A stretch of DNA of 59,384 nt, the filler included, from Circinaria calcarea (lineage: Eukaryota): assembly GCA_051942165.1 (NCBI GenBank). It is 6 parts of 6 records of this genome, joined end to end, with 100 filler letters (N's around TTAATTAATTAA, not from the genome) between each part and the next. Parts side by side here need not be neighbours in the genome. Positions count along the whole stretch, not along the records: positions 9,945 to 19,776 come from JAVECS010000884.1; positions 19,877 to 29,694 come from JAVECS010000885.1; 4 more parts are not named here. One strand, written 5' to 3'. The position numbers and the translations under genes are program-made. This document shows positions 9,945-22,552 of the stretch, piece by piece. Numbering within the stretch: the first letter of the stretch is position 1; each line of letters opens with the position of its first letter. The notes under the pieces are model-generated. The model made no database searches and had not been told where the DNA came from. It saw only the letters and a list, made by a program, of their open reading frames with translations.

Positions 9945-10898
9945 TCGTTTTCCTCGGGCAGAATGGATGCTTGTACACGAGTGAGCGATACGGTGGCAGG
10001 AACAAGGATCATGACAGCCATAACAAGACCGACGATGATAACGAGCAGGGATTGGACCATGACAAGTCTGCGTTGCTCCTCGGGAATTTCGCCAAACTTT
10101 TCAGGTCGATTTACGTAGCGGATCAACCCGAATCCATCGAAGAGGGTTTTAGGCATCTCAACAGCAACTTGTTCCGCGACTGCGGCGATGAGGGTGGGGC
10201 CGATGAGCTTCTTGAAGGCTGAGCGGGCTGGAACACGGCGGAACCAATTCTTGTCGGATGGCTCACTAATGATGATATGTGTCAGGGCCGCATCCCAGCG
10301 GCAGAGGAGGACGGTAACCAGGATGAAAAGGAGAGGCTTTGTGATACGCTGTCCGCTAAGATCGAGACCGAGTGAGAAAAGAACGTGGTGCATGATTTGA
10401 TAGATGATTGCAACATGGTAACCACGGAAGCGTGAGAGATACCCGGCGCGATCGCGCAAGTGACGGATCGTTGTGCGAAGTCTGGCTGTAATAGGTTGGG
10501 CGTTGACGAGTAGTAGTTCCTGCTCGACGTAGCGGGTATTTGTGTCTTTCTCGTTTGGCATCACGAGAGGTGCGTCCGGATCTTCGGATTCTGTAGGTGC
10601 TGTTCTGATGATGGCGGTTGCTGTCGGGGTTTCGATCATGGTGAGGGTAGACACGACGGTACCATAGGTGTATTGAATCTGGGCGGTGAAAAGTCAGTCA
10701 TCGCATGGCTTTGGGGACGGGACCAAGACTTACAGCAGCTGCGATGACCAGATAGAGAAGAGCAGTCATCCATAGCGATGCGATACCCCATGCTGGAAGT
10801 TGGAGAGTTGCCACATCTTTGTCGGCTGTCACTGTAGTGTATCGTTCCTGGGTTGCCTCGTAACCTCGTCGAACGAGGCTATGGACGATTGTCGACAT
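9945..10898 (-). CDS. Conserved fungal multi-pass membrane protein of unknown function, 3' truncated at contig edge
   Basis: ORFs 10698..10898 and 9893..10654 joined by one intron. Several hydrophobic segments. PIT..LR.TI.HL...AG..SRFRG, THIIISEPS.K.WFRR and PA.V.LTRVQAS.LP resemble a widespread Pezizomycotina family. Confidence 0.75.
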
Positions 10899-11547
10899 CG
10901 TGTAGGTGATTCGTGATTCGTGTTATGGGTTGTGGAAGAATGGCAGAGGTGGTAGAGATGAGGGTGAGGCAAGATGGAGAAGGTGGAAGGGAGATTAATA
11001 ATAAGAGAAGAGGTGACGGCCAGCCTTGTGTGTTTCGGAGGCAGCAATGCCACCTCTTAGCCCGGCCAATCGGCAGCCTCGGCCCGATGCCCGATGCCGT
11101 TGGTGCTTGTTGGACAAGTCGGATTTGATTGTAGCCTCTGGTGGAATCTCAACTCACTCGGTCTGTATATTCGCTAGGATCAGTCTATTCGGATTAGATG
11201 ACATGTGTTGGAATGGCCTCGTGAAGGCTACTGTCTGATCAAACTCCAACCTCACTCCTGGCATACTCATCAAACCAACAGGTGACCCTCTCACAGATCT
11301 ATTTAATCCAACCGCCTTTCTGCCAACATCATAGCTGAAACATTTTATTCCGTAAGGTAATGTAGCAACTACATGGAGGGGTAGTGAGCAAAGGGAGCTC
11401 CAAACATGCTGGTGAGCAAGGGATTCGGCTAGCTAGACCTGGCTTGTAGATACTTAAGTCCATGGACTCTACTCAATGCAGTCTGCTTATGCGGTCAGAG
11501 TGCTGAAAATGCAGTAATCCGGCCACGAGGACCTTGGATCTATGTCT

Positions 11548-11606
11548 TCCAAAGTTGATCTTTCCAAGTTTGATCCCTCCAAAGTTGATCCTTCCAAAGT
11601 TGATCC
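11548..11606 (+). repeat. 15-bp tandem repeat, about 4 copies (tccaaagttgatcYY)
   Basis: Visible in the sequence; translates as SKVDL-SKFDP-SKVDP-SKVDP in the short ORF 11542..11739. Confidence 0.8.
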
Positions 11607-12333
11607 CAGCGTGTATCGCTCTTCCAGAATGATCTCACGAAACGCAAGTGGTAGGCTGGCACCTAGAGAGCGCCGTCAAAGACAAAATATGTCCATGTTT
11701 TGCGTGAGAAGGGCGTATAGCAGTGATGCATGTGTGTAATTGTAGTCCCTTTTACAATTTTGTAGCATTTTGCTTCAAAGTTTCATCAACGGTACGGATC
11801 TCGAACACTTGAAGTCAATTCTCGCCTGGTTTGTTGCGTCGTTCCCTGATTTAAGGTTGATTCTGGTAAAGGAGTTTTGCTGATTGGATGAACGGCTTAA
11901 TGAAAATCAATAGGGACCTGATATAAATACCATGTGATAGGACTTTGCTATGCTCGCGTCTCCATAACGTCAGCAGTCGGGTGAATGATATGTGAAGGGA
12001 GTGCCCTTCGTGAGTTTACCCATTCTTGTCTTCCCAATCTCCACTTCCACCTCATCAGCCACAACTTAGCCAGCAACCACAGTCGTAGAATCAACTTAGC
12101 GGTAGACTGATTCCAGATAGATCGTCTCACTTTCTAGGTAAGCCGTCCTGAAGAGCAAATTAGTAAGATTTACCAAATGGCTTCTTTGGGCTTTCAATCC
12201 TCCAGGTCCACCGGTCATTTTCTGTGCATGAGGATTATTCATCCAAATAATCCGAAGGAAAGGAACATTCATACTGCATACCCGCTCCGTTAAAACACAA
12301 CTGACCAACGGATTGACTTACCGCTCTTTAGAA

Positions 12334-13542
12334 ATGTCGACTATATTTCCTCCCGGCCCGCCCTGTGCCCAATGCCAAGGCCCTCATCCTACCGCCTCAT
12401 GCCGTGTCGAGTGTACCACCTGTGGCATGCGTGGCCACGTGGCAATCAACTGCCGTCGAGGTCATAAGGTTGGAATGGGCAAGATCACAGCTAGGTCGAG
12501 GAATTGGAATCCTGCTGGGGCAGAACGTGTGATGAAGAAGGAGGAAGAGAAACAGAGGAGAATTGAGGAGAAGGAAGCTTGGGTGAGAAAAAAGCAAGAG
12601 ATGAACGAGGATAAAGCGAGAGCTAAAGTGGAGAAGGAGAGGAGAGAAGCAGAAGAAAGGGACGGGGGTTTGAAGATTAGGGGAAACAGGGAAAGGACAG
12701 GGTTGGAGGAGGGAAGGAATAGATCAGGAGTGAAGAAAGAACCTGTGAAAAAGGAGTTCAGTGAAAGGAATGAGTCGGAGATCAAGCCGGAGTATGGGTG
12801 GGAGGAGGACTTTAAGGGGACCAGTGCACCGAGAATAGAGGCAAGCAGCGGGTATAGAGCGGCGCCAGAGCCAGCGAATCAGCCCTCGTACTACCAGCCT
12901 CAGCATCACTATGCTTACGGCGCTAGTTCTGCGTATGGATCGGGTCTGCCTGATACTCGCGTATTTCCCGCTGTACCCCCTCCGAGCCGTCAGCCGTTAT
13001 ACAGCGACACTCGTCACCAACCTCAATATCAATCTTCGACCGCCTCAATTCCTCGCGATGTTCAAAGTCTCAAACCTCCAACCCATCAACCATTTTATCA
13101 TGAAGCTCGCCCCAAGCCTTCATCTCAATGTTCGGCTTATAATGCCACCTCCTTTCCTCACGCTCCGCCATTGGCACCTGCGGCAATGCGAAGAAGGGAT
13201 TCGGGCTCGACTTCTGGCTTTCTGTCAAGCCGAGCTCCACGCCCAAGTCCACAGGAATTGGCGAGTTCTCCGGCCGGTGGGCCTCAGATAGGCCCGAGCG
13301 CCTATATCCCGTATCCCGGCACTCAAAACACAAGGGGAATGCAATCAGGCTTCAATGGTCGTGCCATGCAGAACCCAGCAACAATGATACCTCCCGGGCC
13401 TGCTGTACCTCATCAAGGTCTACACCGACCATCACCACCCCCTTCGCGCAAGCGACCCGCATCCCCTTCCAGCTCGCGCCACCCTTCAGTCTCAAGATCC
13501 GATCGATCCGTCAAGATAAAGCGTGAGAGCCCCTCCTTCTAA
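12334..13542 (+). CDS. Intronless protein with two N-terminal CCHC zinc knuckles, a charged coiled region and a Pro/Ser-rich disordered tail
   Basis: CAQCQGPHPTASC (CX2CX3HX4C) and CTTCGMRGHVAINC (CX2CX4HX4C); open for about 400 codons; basic NLS-like SRKRP. Confidence 0.7.
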   Translation: MSTIFPPGPPCAQCQGPHPTASCRVECTTCGMRGHVAINCRRGHKVGMGKITARSRNWNPAGAERVMKKEEEKQRRIEEKEAWVRKKQEMNEDKARAKVEKERREAEERDGGLKIRGNRERTGLEEGRNRSGVKKEPVKKEFSERNESEIKPEYGWEEDFKGTSAPRIEASSGYRAAPEPANQPSYYQPQHHYAYGASSAYGSGLPDTRVFPAVPPPSRQPLYSDTRHQPQYQSSTASIPRDVQSLKPPTHQPFYHEARPKPSSQCSAYNATSFPHAPPLAPAAMRRRDSGSTSGFLSSRAPRPSPQELASSPAGGPQIGPSAYIPYPGTQNTRGMQSGFNGRAMQNPATMIPPGPAVPHQGLHRPSPPPSRKRPASPSSSRHPSVSRSDRSVKIKRESPSF

Positions 13543-14275
13543 TTCTTTTTCGTCCCTCAAACCCCTGCTAGGCGTAGCAGAGGTCTTGTGTTGTTCCTGC
13601 TTTGCATAGTAGATGTCCTTTTGAAAGATTCCTGTTCGATGTACCTTTCGGAGATCTTAGCAGAGGTTCCGATGAATTCCCGCCTTGAATGGCGGATGTA
13701 GTGTTGTTATCCTCTGGGTTGGAGTGTGGCTTTGAAGGCGGGGGGAACTGCCACTTGCAAGTATCGAGTTCAAAACTCAAGGATTGGCGGTAGGAGGATG
13801 GGGGAGATGATGCTAGCTGCCAAGAAACACGAGTCTCGATTAGGATATAGCTTGGTCAGCTTTGCTTTTACTTCTTCTGAAGGTCTAGAATACTCAATGC
13901 TAGATATATAAGAGCAACGGATATACAACTACATCCCCCCCTTTATAATGGCTAAGACTGCCTTCACATGTACAATGTACAAAAGCAAGAACTGGCTCAA
14001 AGTTCAACTTCTCATATTATGCTTCCATATGGTGTTATATGGAATACGCATCTGTACATTGGCTTCTCTCCTCCGGATGCAATATATACGTGAGCGGTAT
14101 ATACACAAGACCTAGATCCCACCTTTCCCAGGTCCTCGTCCATACAAATTTTCCCCATTAGCCTCGGGAGAGGAGAGGGGGTATTTTCAGGGTACTCGCG
14201 ATGAGATTTCATCCGTTTCTATGGATGGATCTGAAGGGTAATGATATACGGCGCTGTCTAGGTAGGTTCTAAACT

Positions 14276-17200
14276 CTATTGCTCCGACATGAGTTTCTCC
14301 ATCTTAGGAATCAGTTCCGATATCCGAAAGGGCTTCGGCATAACATCATCCTATCCCTCAATCAGTACTGTTGCAATACAGATGGAGAATGATCCGATCA
14401 TATTCAAAAGCCGTGACTTACCATTCCCGCCGCCATGGAAATGTCAATCTGTTCCATGCGAGCATTCGCCGTCACGGCTATCAGAGGTACATGCTTAACC
14501 AACGAACCCTCTTGCTGTAGTTCTCGGATGCGCCGTGCGCAGGTGAGCCCGTCCATGACAGGCATCTCCAGATCCATGAGGACGATATCCAAGTTCTTCC
14601 CATCTGCATTACCTTTCCAGAACTTGGTCTTTGTCAAAAAATCGAGGGCTTCCTCGCCGTGGTTGGCAACACTGACGGTGCATCCAGCTTTCTGGAGCTG
14701 TTTGCCAAGTACCTTCTGATTCACGAGGTTATCTTCAACCAAAAGTATCTCAAACATCGGAGCATTCTCCTTGATCTGGTTTCCTACGGCCATTGAAAGA
14801 GATGGAGTATCAGTCGCCACGGAAGACTTTGTCGTCTCATCCGTCAAAGAGGTAACGCGAGGTCTTCCCTTAATCCCAATGGCCCCTTTCTGCTTAGTTT
14901 CGTCTATACTTGCGGTTGCTCTTCTACCTCTGATGAAGAATGCAAACGTGCCTAGGAAATTAGCATGTCATCGAGTTGGAGAACGAGATTATACAGAAAG
15001 AAAGTCCATTACTCACTTCCTTTTCCCGCCTTACTAGCCAGTCCAATCTCACCACCTTGTAGCTCGGTCAATTCCCGCGATATGAACAGGCCTAATCCAC
15101 TCCCTCCATACTCCACATGTGTGCGTGGGTTGGCTTGGGCGAATCGATGAAAGAGGCGCATTTTCTCCTCATACGTCAAGCCCCTACCTGTGTCCTTGAC
15201 GGCAAAATACAAGTAGACTTGCTCTCCCTTGCCCCATTCGGGATCAAGCGTCAAGTCCCTCTTTGTGTCAGAACCCCTTGATGGGAACCACTCAATCTCG
15301 ACTCCTTCGCCTTTCGGAGGCTTGTCGACTGACGCAGCAAGGCTAACAGTGATGGTGCGTTCGGATTCGGACCGAGTAAACTTGATCGCCTGCGAAACAT
15401 TCAGCTCAGGTCGGAGAATTGCAATAATACCAAGAATACGTTTGTCATAAGGTTAATGAAGATCTATGATATAAATTAATAGCAGGTAGCTCAACCAGAG
15501 GGAACACTAACTTGAGTCATCCGAGAAGGGTCTATTAGAACCCAGTCGATTTTGAATCGCGTATACGATTCTTCAATACGAAACTCAAGTTTGATGTCGT
15601 TCGAGGCAAGTTCTCCTCCAAACATCTTCAACGTATTCTTAACAACAGTGGATGGTTGGAGAGTAACTGGCGATACCAGTAACATGGCAGAATCGAGTTT
15701 CGAAAGGGTCAAAACGTCGTTGATAATACGACCCTGATGTTGGGCACATAGCGTGATGATCTGGATGGCTTCAAGGTTGCTCTCTACAAGCTCTTCCAAG
15801 ATAACGTGAGTCTTGGATGAAGATTGGAATTCAATTAGTGAGCTGGCAATACCATCGGCGCTTTGGAGGATAGCGCTCAAGGGATTACGCATCTCGTGCG
15901 ATGTGATGTCAATAAACCGCTCCAAGGATGCCCTTGCTAAAGTAATCGTCAGTGCGGATTGTACCTAGGGGAGATGAGAATACCTTCTTCTGCTGCTATC
16001 CTACTACGCATCTGCAACGACTCTGCCCATTTGAGATGACTGATATCTGTGGTTGTACCCATGATATCCTTGACTGATCCATCTTCATCCAACACAGGAA
16101 AGGCCTCACAAAGAAGCCAAGCCGTTTCCTTGACTGGTTTGCCGCTCATGGTATTTATCCACGGTCGTTTCGTGCGAAACTCAAAACGGACCTGCTTCTT
16201 CTCGACAGTAATTTTATGGAATTCGCGGTCCAAAAGCGCGTGGTCTTCTTCCGCCGTTGCGCTATAAAAAGATTTGGTATACTGATCCTTGGGATCCCTT
16301 GAATTACCGGTCATATCATAATCTTACAACACATTAGTCTGTGTAGCATTGTTGGAAAGCAGTTCTCACATTGTGAGTTCGCCCAAATGAGTAGACCCTC
16401 GGGCGAGTAATAGAACATTCCTAGTCAGTGTCAGTTAACACATCGTGCTACACGCCCCAAGTACTGTAGCTCATCTACACACCGCATGGAGATAGCTCCG
16501 CCATTTGCTTGAATTTCTTTTCGTTCTCGTTAGCCTCTTGTGTTATACGCGTTATCTGCTCCGAAAGTGTAGCGCGCTCAAGCGCGTCTTCCTGGGCCTG
16601 TTTTTGCAGGCTGATATCGGTTATACATCCCATCACGCTTTTGGGTGACCCATCCTCGTTGAGTACTGGGTTAGCAGTCGCTAAGATCCAAACATTCTTC
16701 CACGTTTTACTATCTGCGTGATACCACCTTTTACGAAGCCGCAACTCAAAAGTACAGTTCATTTTCAGTACAGTCAACTTATGCCATTGCTTTTCCATGG
16801 TAGCAATATCGTCTTCGAACACCGCCCCCATGAACGACCTGACCCCCCGTCAACATCAGATTCTTACGGAGCAGTGCTAGATTACCTACATCTCCGAATT
16901 TAACTCCTTGGGATGCCCACTCATTTCGTACCCTAAGGGAGGTCAGACAGTTCTTTTCTCCATGGGCTGCTGAGTAAACATACACCTCTCATTCGCATAA
17001 AGAATTATGCCCTCGGGCGATATGTAAAACATGCCAAGCGGATTTAGCTCTGTCATTGCTTTAAACCGAGATTCGCTATCCGCGACCTCTTGAGTCCGAA
17101 TGGAGAGCTGCCTGGCCAGATTCGCCTGATTTAGCCTGGCTTGTTCAATTAACGCGGCCGTCGTCAAAGACGTTGAAAGCTGCCTGCTCAGCAGCTGTAT

Positions 17201-18990
17201 AAATCTTTCAAAGTCTTCGTCGTAAGCTCGGCGAGGATTTAAACCCAAGAGTAAAAAGCCCAAAACCTCTTCTCCTGCAGCAAGGGGTAGAACGATGACC
17301 GTTGATGAGGGTTCACCAAAGCCACGCCATTGTATCCCCTGCAGCAAGTCCTCGGGTAGGTTTCCGTCTGCTTTTTGCAGGACCATCGGGCCGCCTGCGA
17401 ACCTTGCTTTCCTAAACAGCGGGATGAACCCCTCGTTGCTCTGCTCGAGATTTACACGCTTCGGCACCGACGGATGATCTTCGGATATACCCAAAGCTGC
17501 CTGAAAGACGCACATTGCAGATCCTGACATCTTTCCGGATTCAGACTCGGTCTCAAGAGAATAGCTAACTGCTAGTGGGATGTCGAGCTCGTTGGACTCA
17601 AATCCATTGAGACTTTCATGCCAGAAAGAGGACATGTCCGACGCCGTTACTGTAGATATCAGCGTTGCTGTCCTTCGATCTGAAAGCTTCTGGCGTGTAG
17701 ACTCCGAAACCGAATTGTAAAATCCCTCGGTGTCACCTTTTTGGTTACGAAGTGGGATGAGGTTCCAGGTGAAGAAGGTCCTTTGTTGAATGAGTTAGCT
17801 AGGACATCTTGCTAGAAAACAAATGTCTCGCAATCTCGGATTATCGTATTCAACATTTCGAACAATCGAGTAATGTCTTTTGTCTCAAAACCGCAAAGGA
17901 TGGCAAAGCAGCAAGCTAAGTCAACCATATATGCACTCAAAGCTAAAGTGGAGAATAAAATAATGATCGGATGAAAGAAACTTACTCTTCAAGATAACCA
18001 TATCTTTCAAGAAAGAAAATTGAGTCTTGCATTGTCGTTGCACGCCCTTCTGCTTCAGCTATCACAAAAGCTGGCTCTACGGCTTCCACGGTCTCTGCCC
18101 ACACGCGATTGAAGGTCATACCTAGCGCCTTTGGGTGCTTTTTTTGTATGACCATTATATAAGGTTCGTTATAGAGGATAGCCCTTTGAGATCCCCTAGG
18201 CAGACGATTAGCGTAAAGCGGTCTACTGTTGACACGGATGCATTCACCAGAACATGGATGCCGGGCGCGAATCGGCCATAAGAAAACATGTCATCTGACG
18301 GAGGTGAGGCGACCAAGACGATAAAGGACCAAGCGGGGTCTGTGACCAGTTAATAGCCCTAAACAAATCTGTATATTCACTTGGCGGCAATATGTCAGTC
18401 CAGCTCTGCTGTGGGGTCCGACCCAGGGAAAAGTCCACTTTTTGATGCTCACGAGCATTCCGGTCTTCAGTGGTTTGAGTTTTGACCGAAGCACTGCCCG
18501 CAACAGTCAAAGGAAGTTCTCGTTCATCCGCAGTGGCAGAACTTAGAACGTGGCTGACCCTGGAACCACTGACTATTCTCCATTTCTTTCTAATGGTAGC
18601 ACAATTCCAGAGTAGCCCATTGTATGAGAGGTCGGGGAAATAGCCGTCGATGAGACTATTGTGCCTTGGACGACTGGATGCCCAACCTTTGAAATCCGAG
18701 TATTTATTAGGTTCGTATGGGCTTAGGTGGGAGTTAGCAACGGCTTTGCCAGTAACTATATCTTGCAAGTTGGCAGATCGCAGGGAGGCATTGCAGAAGA
18801 CCGGTTGCAGATGTATATTGTCCCGATCTGCAACCTTCTCAAGATCAAGAACGAACGTCGGTCTGCCATCCTGTTCAAGCAATTCAATCATGCCAATGTC
18901 GCACAGTGCGTGGGGAGCCTGGCTCGAAGCTGCCGCAACGCGGTTCCCATTTACAGCCATGTTATTTGTCTTTCGCTTCTTAGCGATCAT
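14276..18990 (-). CDS. Hybrid sensor histidine kinase with multiple PAS/PAC domains, HisKA, HATPase and a C-terminal receiver (many introns)
   Basis: H-box FIDITSHEMRNPLSAI; N-box IFINLMTN|AIKFT on a 24-nt micro-exon (15463-15440); DTGRG and GGSGLGLFIS G-boxes; receiver LLVEDNLVNQ...DIVLMDLEMPVMDG...KPF; N-terminal W..TPLGP...W motif. Start may be 18990 or 18960. Confidence 0.93.
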
Positions 18991-19776
18991 TCATGTTACC
19001 TGGTAAAGGAAAGGTCAGGACTTCAGCAGCTTGTTCTTTGTTATCGATTGTATCTGCAAGGGGATAAGACCCATTAAACAGGCTCAACCTTGCCAATGAT
19101 GTGCCCCCGGTCGAAATACCACGAGGATGACGGCATCTGCATCCACGTTGAATTGTCTCCCTACGAGATTGCCATGGCTGGGGCCAACGAGGTTGGCAAC
19201 ACAGTGTGGGATGGGTGGTTATCAATTTCCTGGAGGCGCTGCGGTAGCATCGGCACTAAAGGGAAAATAAGGTTTGTGGTCCAGATTCCACCGACCCGCC
19301 AGATGCTTAAGCTCTTCTAGCGCCGACAGACAGTGATAGTTGGGGGGTTTAGGTTTTTATTTGGGAGGTTTAGCAAAATTATGTAAGAGGTGTGTTATGT
19401 TCGGAAGGCCGGCACCGACACCTTAAGCCTGATGTGGGAAGACCTAAGTGACAGGCATACCATGCTGGCCCAAAATCTGCGCCCTCCGTATTGGTCAGAA
19501 GTGGTCCCACTAGCATAACATAGCTCCGTTGTGGATGTACAATAGAGCTACGTAAAGCTAGACTGGGGCTCCGCTATGTTATGCTAGTAGACCTAGTGTG
19601 GCCAATACGAATGCACAGTTTCTGCCAGCTTGCTCTACAGCATCGGGCTTAGCCCATCGGTGCCGTCCTTCCGAGCATAAACAAATTTCTAGCAAAAAAA
19701 AACTAAAACCCCCCAAGTCTGGTAAATTGTGGAGGGAGATCTTACTTGAAACGGCTGCTTTAATGGTCATGATCCC

Positions 19777-19876
19777 NNNNNNNNNNNNNNNNNNNNNNNN
19801 NNNNNNNNNNNNNNNNNNNNTTAATTAATTAANNNNNNNNNNNNNNNNNNNNNNNNNNNNNNNNNNNNNNNNNNNN
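19777..19876. other. Artificial contig spacer
   Basis: N44-TTAATTAATTAA-N44. Confidence 0.98.
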
Positions 19877-21420
19877 TGAAGGTGGTGGAAGAGATTGAGA
19901 GCTTATGCATGAACTGCCAGCAGGACGTAAGCTCATCGCCAGCACAGTACGAGTACACGGTCTCAGGGACTGACCAGGTCTGACAGGGTGTTACTCGCCT
20001 TCTACTTACCAAGATCCCTTACTTCCGTGAGGTTATCATCATGTCTTTTTACTGTCAGCATTGTCACTTCAAGAATACCGAGGTACAATCCGCCGGGGAA
20101 ATCCAAGAGCAGGGGGTGAAGTACGTCCTTCAGATGGACCATTCGGCGGACATGGAGCGTCAGATAGTGAAAAGTGACACGGGGGTTTTTCGCGTGGAAG
20201 ATCTCGATCTTGAGATTCCTCCTGGTCATGGCAAGCTCACCAATCTGGAGGGAGTCTTGTCGGAAATCCTCCGCGACTTGGAACATGGACAGAAGCGTCG
20301 CAAGCGCGAAGAGCCTGATCTGTACGAGAAGCTGGATGCCATCATTCAGTTCCTGCTCAAGATGATGAACGGCGGTCGATTCCCATATTCCATCTCGCTC
20401 GATGACCCGGCTGGAAATTCCTGGATTGAACCTTCGCCAAAGGACACTGCTTCAAAATATACACGCACAGAATACCCCAGGTCGCCCGAGCAAAATGCGG
20501 CGCTCGGACTAGGTGACGGGGAAATCGAGGAACTGGAGTCACACGAGGCCAAGGCAGCAAGACTAGGCATCACGGGTCCAGTTGTTTCCGGCCCAGTTGA
20601 AGGTGGCACTATGCATGGCGTTGAAATTCTTCATGGTCAAATGTACTCATTGCCATGCCTCTGCCCCGGATGCAGAAAGTATGCCATGATGAACGTTCAG
20701 ATGGTCAACGTCCCGTACTTTAAACAAGTGATTATCTCTGCTGTTGTCTGCAGTGATTGCGGATATCGGACGAATGACGTCAAAACTGGTGGTGAAATTC
20801 CCAATCAAGGTCAGCGTATTCTACTGCGCATCAAGGATCCAATCGATCTCCGACGCGACATCTTGAAATCCGAGACGTGCTGCCTGAGGATACCGGCTTG
20901 CCGAGTCGAAGTAGTACCCGGCACCATGGGTGGTCGATTCACAACTGTCGAAGGTCTACTAACCCAGATTCGCGATGATCTTCGAGGTTCAATATTCGAT
21001 GTAGATGATGCCAGTTGTTCGGGTGGTGATTCTATGCCAGAGGAACGTAAGAAGGGGTGGGACGATTTTTTTGCTGTACTAGACCAAGCCATCCGAGGAG
21101 AAATGCAATACACCATTCACTTGGAAGACCCCTTATCCAACAGTTACATCCAGAGTCTGACCGCGCCTAACCGCGATCCGCAGATTGAGATTGAGGATTA
21201 TGAAAGAACGCAAGAAGAGGAGGAAGAGCTTGGTCTGGCGGATATGCGCACCAAACTGAATGCGGAAGGGGAATATGTTAGAGAAGTCGCCGAGTCGCTA
21301 TCCAAACAGTCAGTCGGTCAAGCCATCTTACAGTCCACCCTCACCACCTGCTCAGGCATTAGTGCAGATAGGACAGGCAAAGGTAACATCCCAGTTATGG
21401 ATGTTGAAGGCCGCGTGTAA
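19877..21420 (+). CDS. ZPR1: Zinc finger protein ZPR1, 5' truncated (intron 19927-19986)
   Basis: IESLCMNC..|GVTRLLLTKIPYFREVIIMSF.C.HC.FKNTEVQSAGEIQ; second module CPGC...VPYFKQVII....C..CGYRTNDVKTGG; GGRFTTVEGLL. Confidence 0.95.
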
Positions 21421-22552
21421 AGCCAGCAGGGGACACAAGTTGGGAGGAAAACATGAGGGCCCGACAAGTGTTGGTCTCTTTGACTTTCGCCTGCTATCAT
21501 GATTTGGCTTGTCCGTTCTGCTAATAAGTTATGATATATGATTGACATGACGGGCGGTAACCTCTGATCTTCCGCGGATACCATAAATGCACTCAGGATA
21601 TTTGCGAAGGGTGTGAAATAGCATGTTAAGGACTGTTGATGGTAGTATTGCATGGGCAGCATAGCGTGAAGCAATTAACATGATACCTCTGGGGCGTGTT
21701 ACTGGTTGTTCACCTGTCAAAGCAATAGAAATAGGAATGAAATGGAAGTACTTGCAACATCCTGATATGATATCAAAATCGCATAATTGAGTAATGTACC
21801 TTTCTCTACCCAAATTTTTAAAGGCGGACGGGTCGTAACTGTGCGGGTAGTAGTATAGTGCAGGATCTGACCAAACCAGTCATGAACCCATAGACCTCCA
21901 CCTGACAATAGTCATATCTGCACAAAGGATATGGGGAGGAGGACGAGGAAACTTCCCCGTCTTTTAGACTTCCCACACCCGTTGAAACGTATATCGTCAG
22001 AGCAAACTAGACTTCAGGGGTGGGGGACGATCTGCTGCAGACTGCCTTATGCCGCTTCCCTGACATAATGACTTGACAGTCCATAGACATTGGCGGTACA
22101 TTGTCTTTGGTAAGCTGTCTACGTTCTCTTCTTTAACATTTGAGGAATCTGATACTGTCAGGGAGGAAAGAGACAGCACTTCGTTTGCGTCGTAGTCTAC
22201 GCAGGAGACTGGGTTGGTATTCTATGGATGATTGACGTAGGGCGAGGGGCTGACTTGTTGGACACAAGGCACGCACAACATAGTATGGCAATTTGATAGG
22301 GGCAGTCGGGGTAAGGGAAGTTAGGGTGGTTTATCATATCTAGCAAAACAGAGCCGGTGATACAGCAGATCGAGGTACGCAGTTCGTGGCATTATGTTAT
22401 ACGGACTTGCTTAGCTGGGAGACTCCGCGTGATCAAGAGAAAAAGACCGACGTCGGTCGTGGTTGGCACAAACCCGCCACCACGGAAGGAAACTAGAGGA
22501 ATTTCTAAAAGTACAAAAAAGGAACTTCCCAGAAGCACCACGGGTCCCAGCA

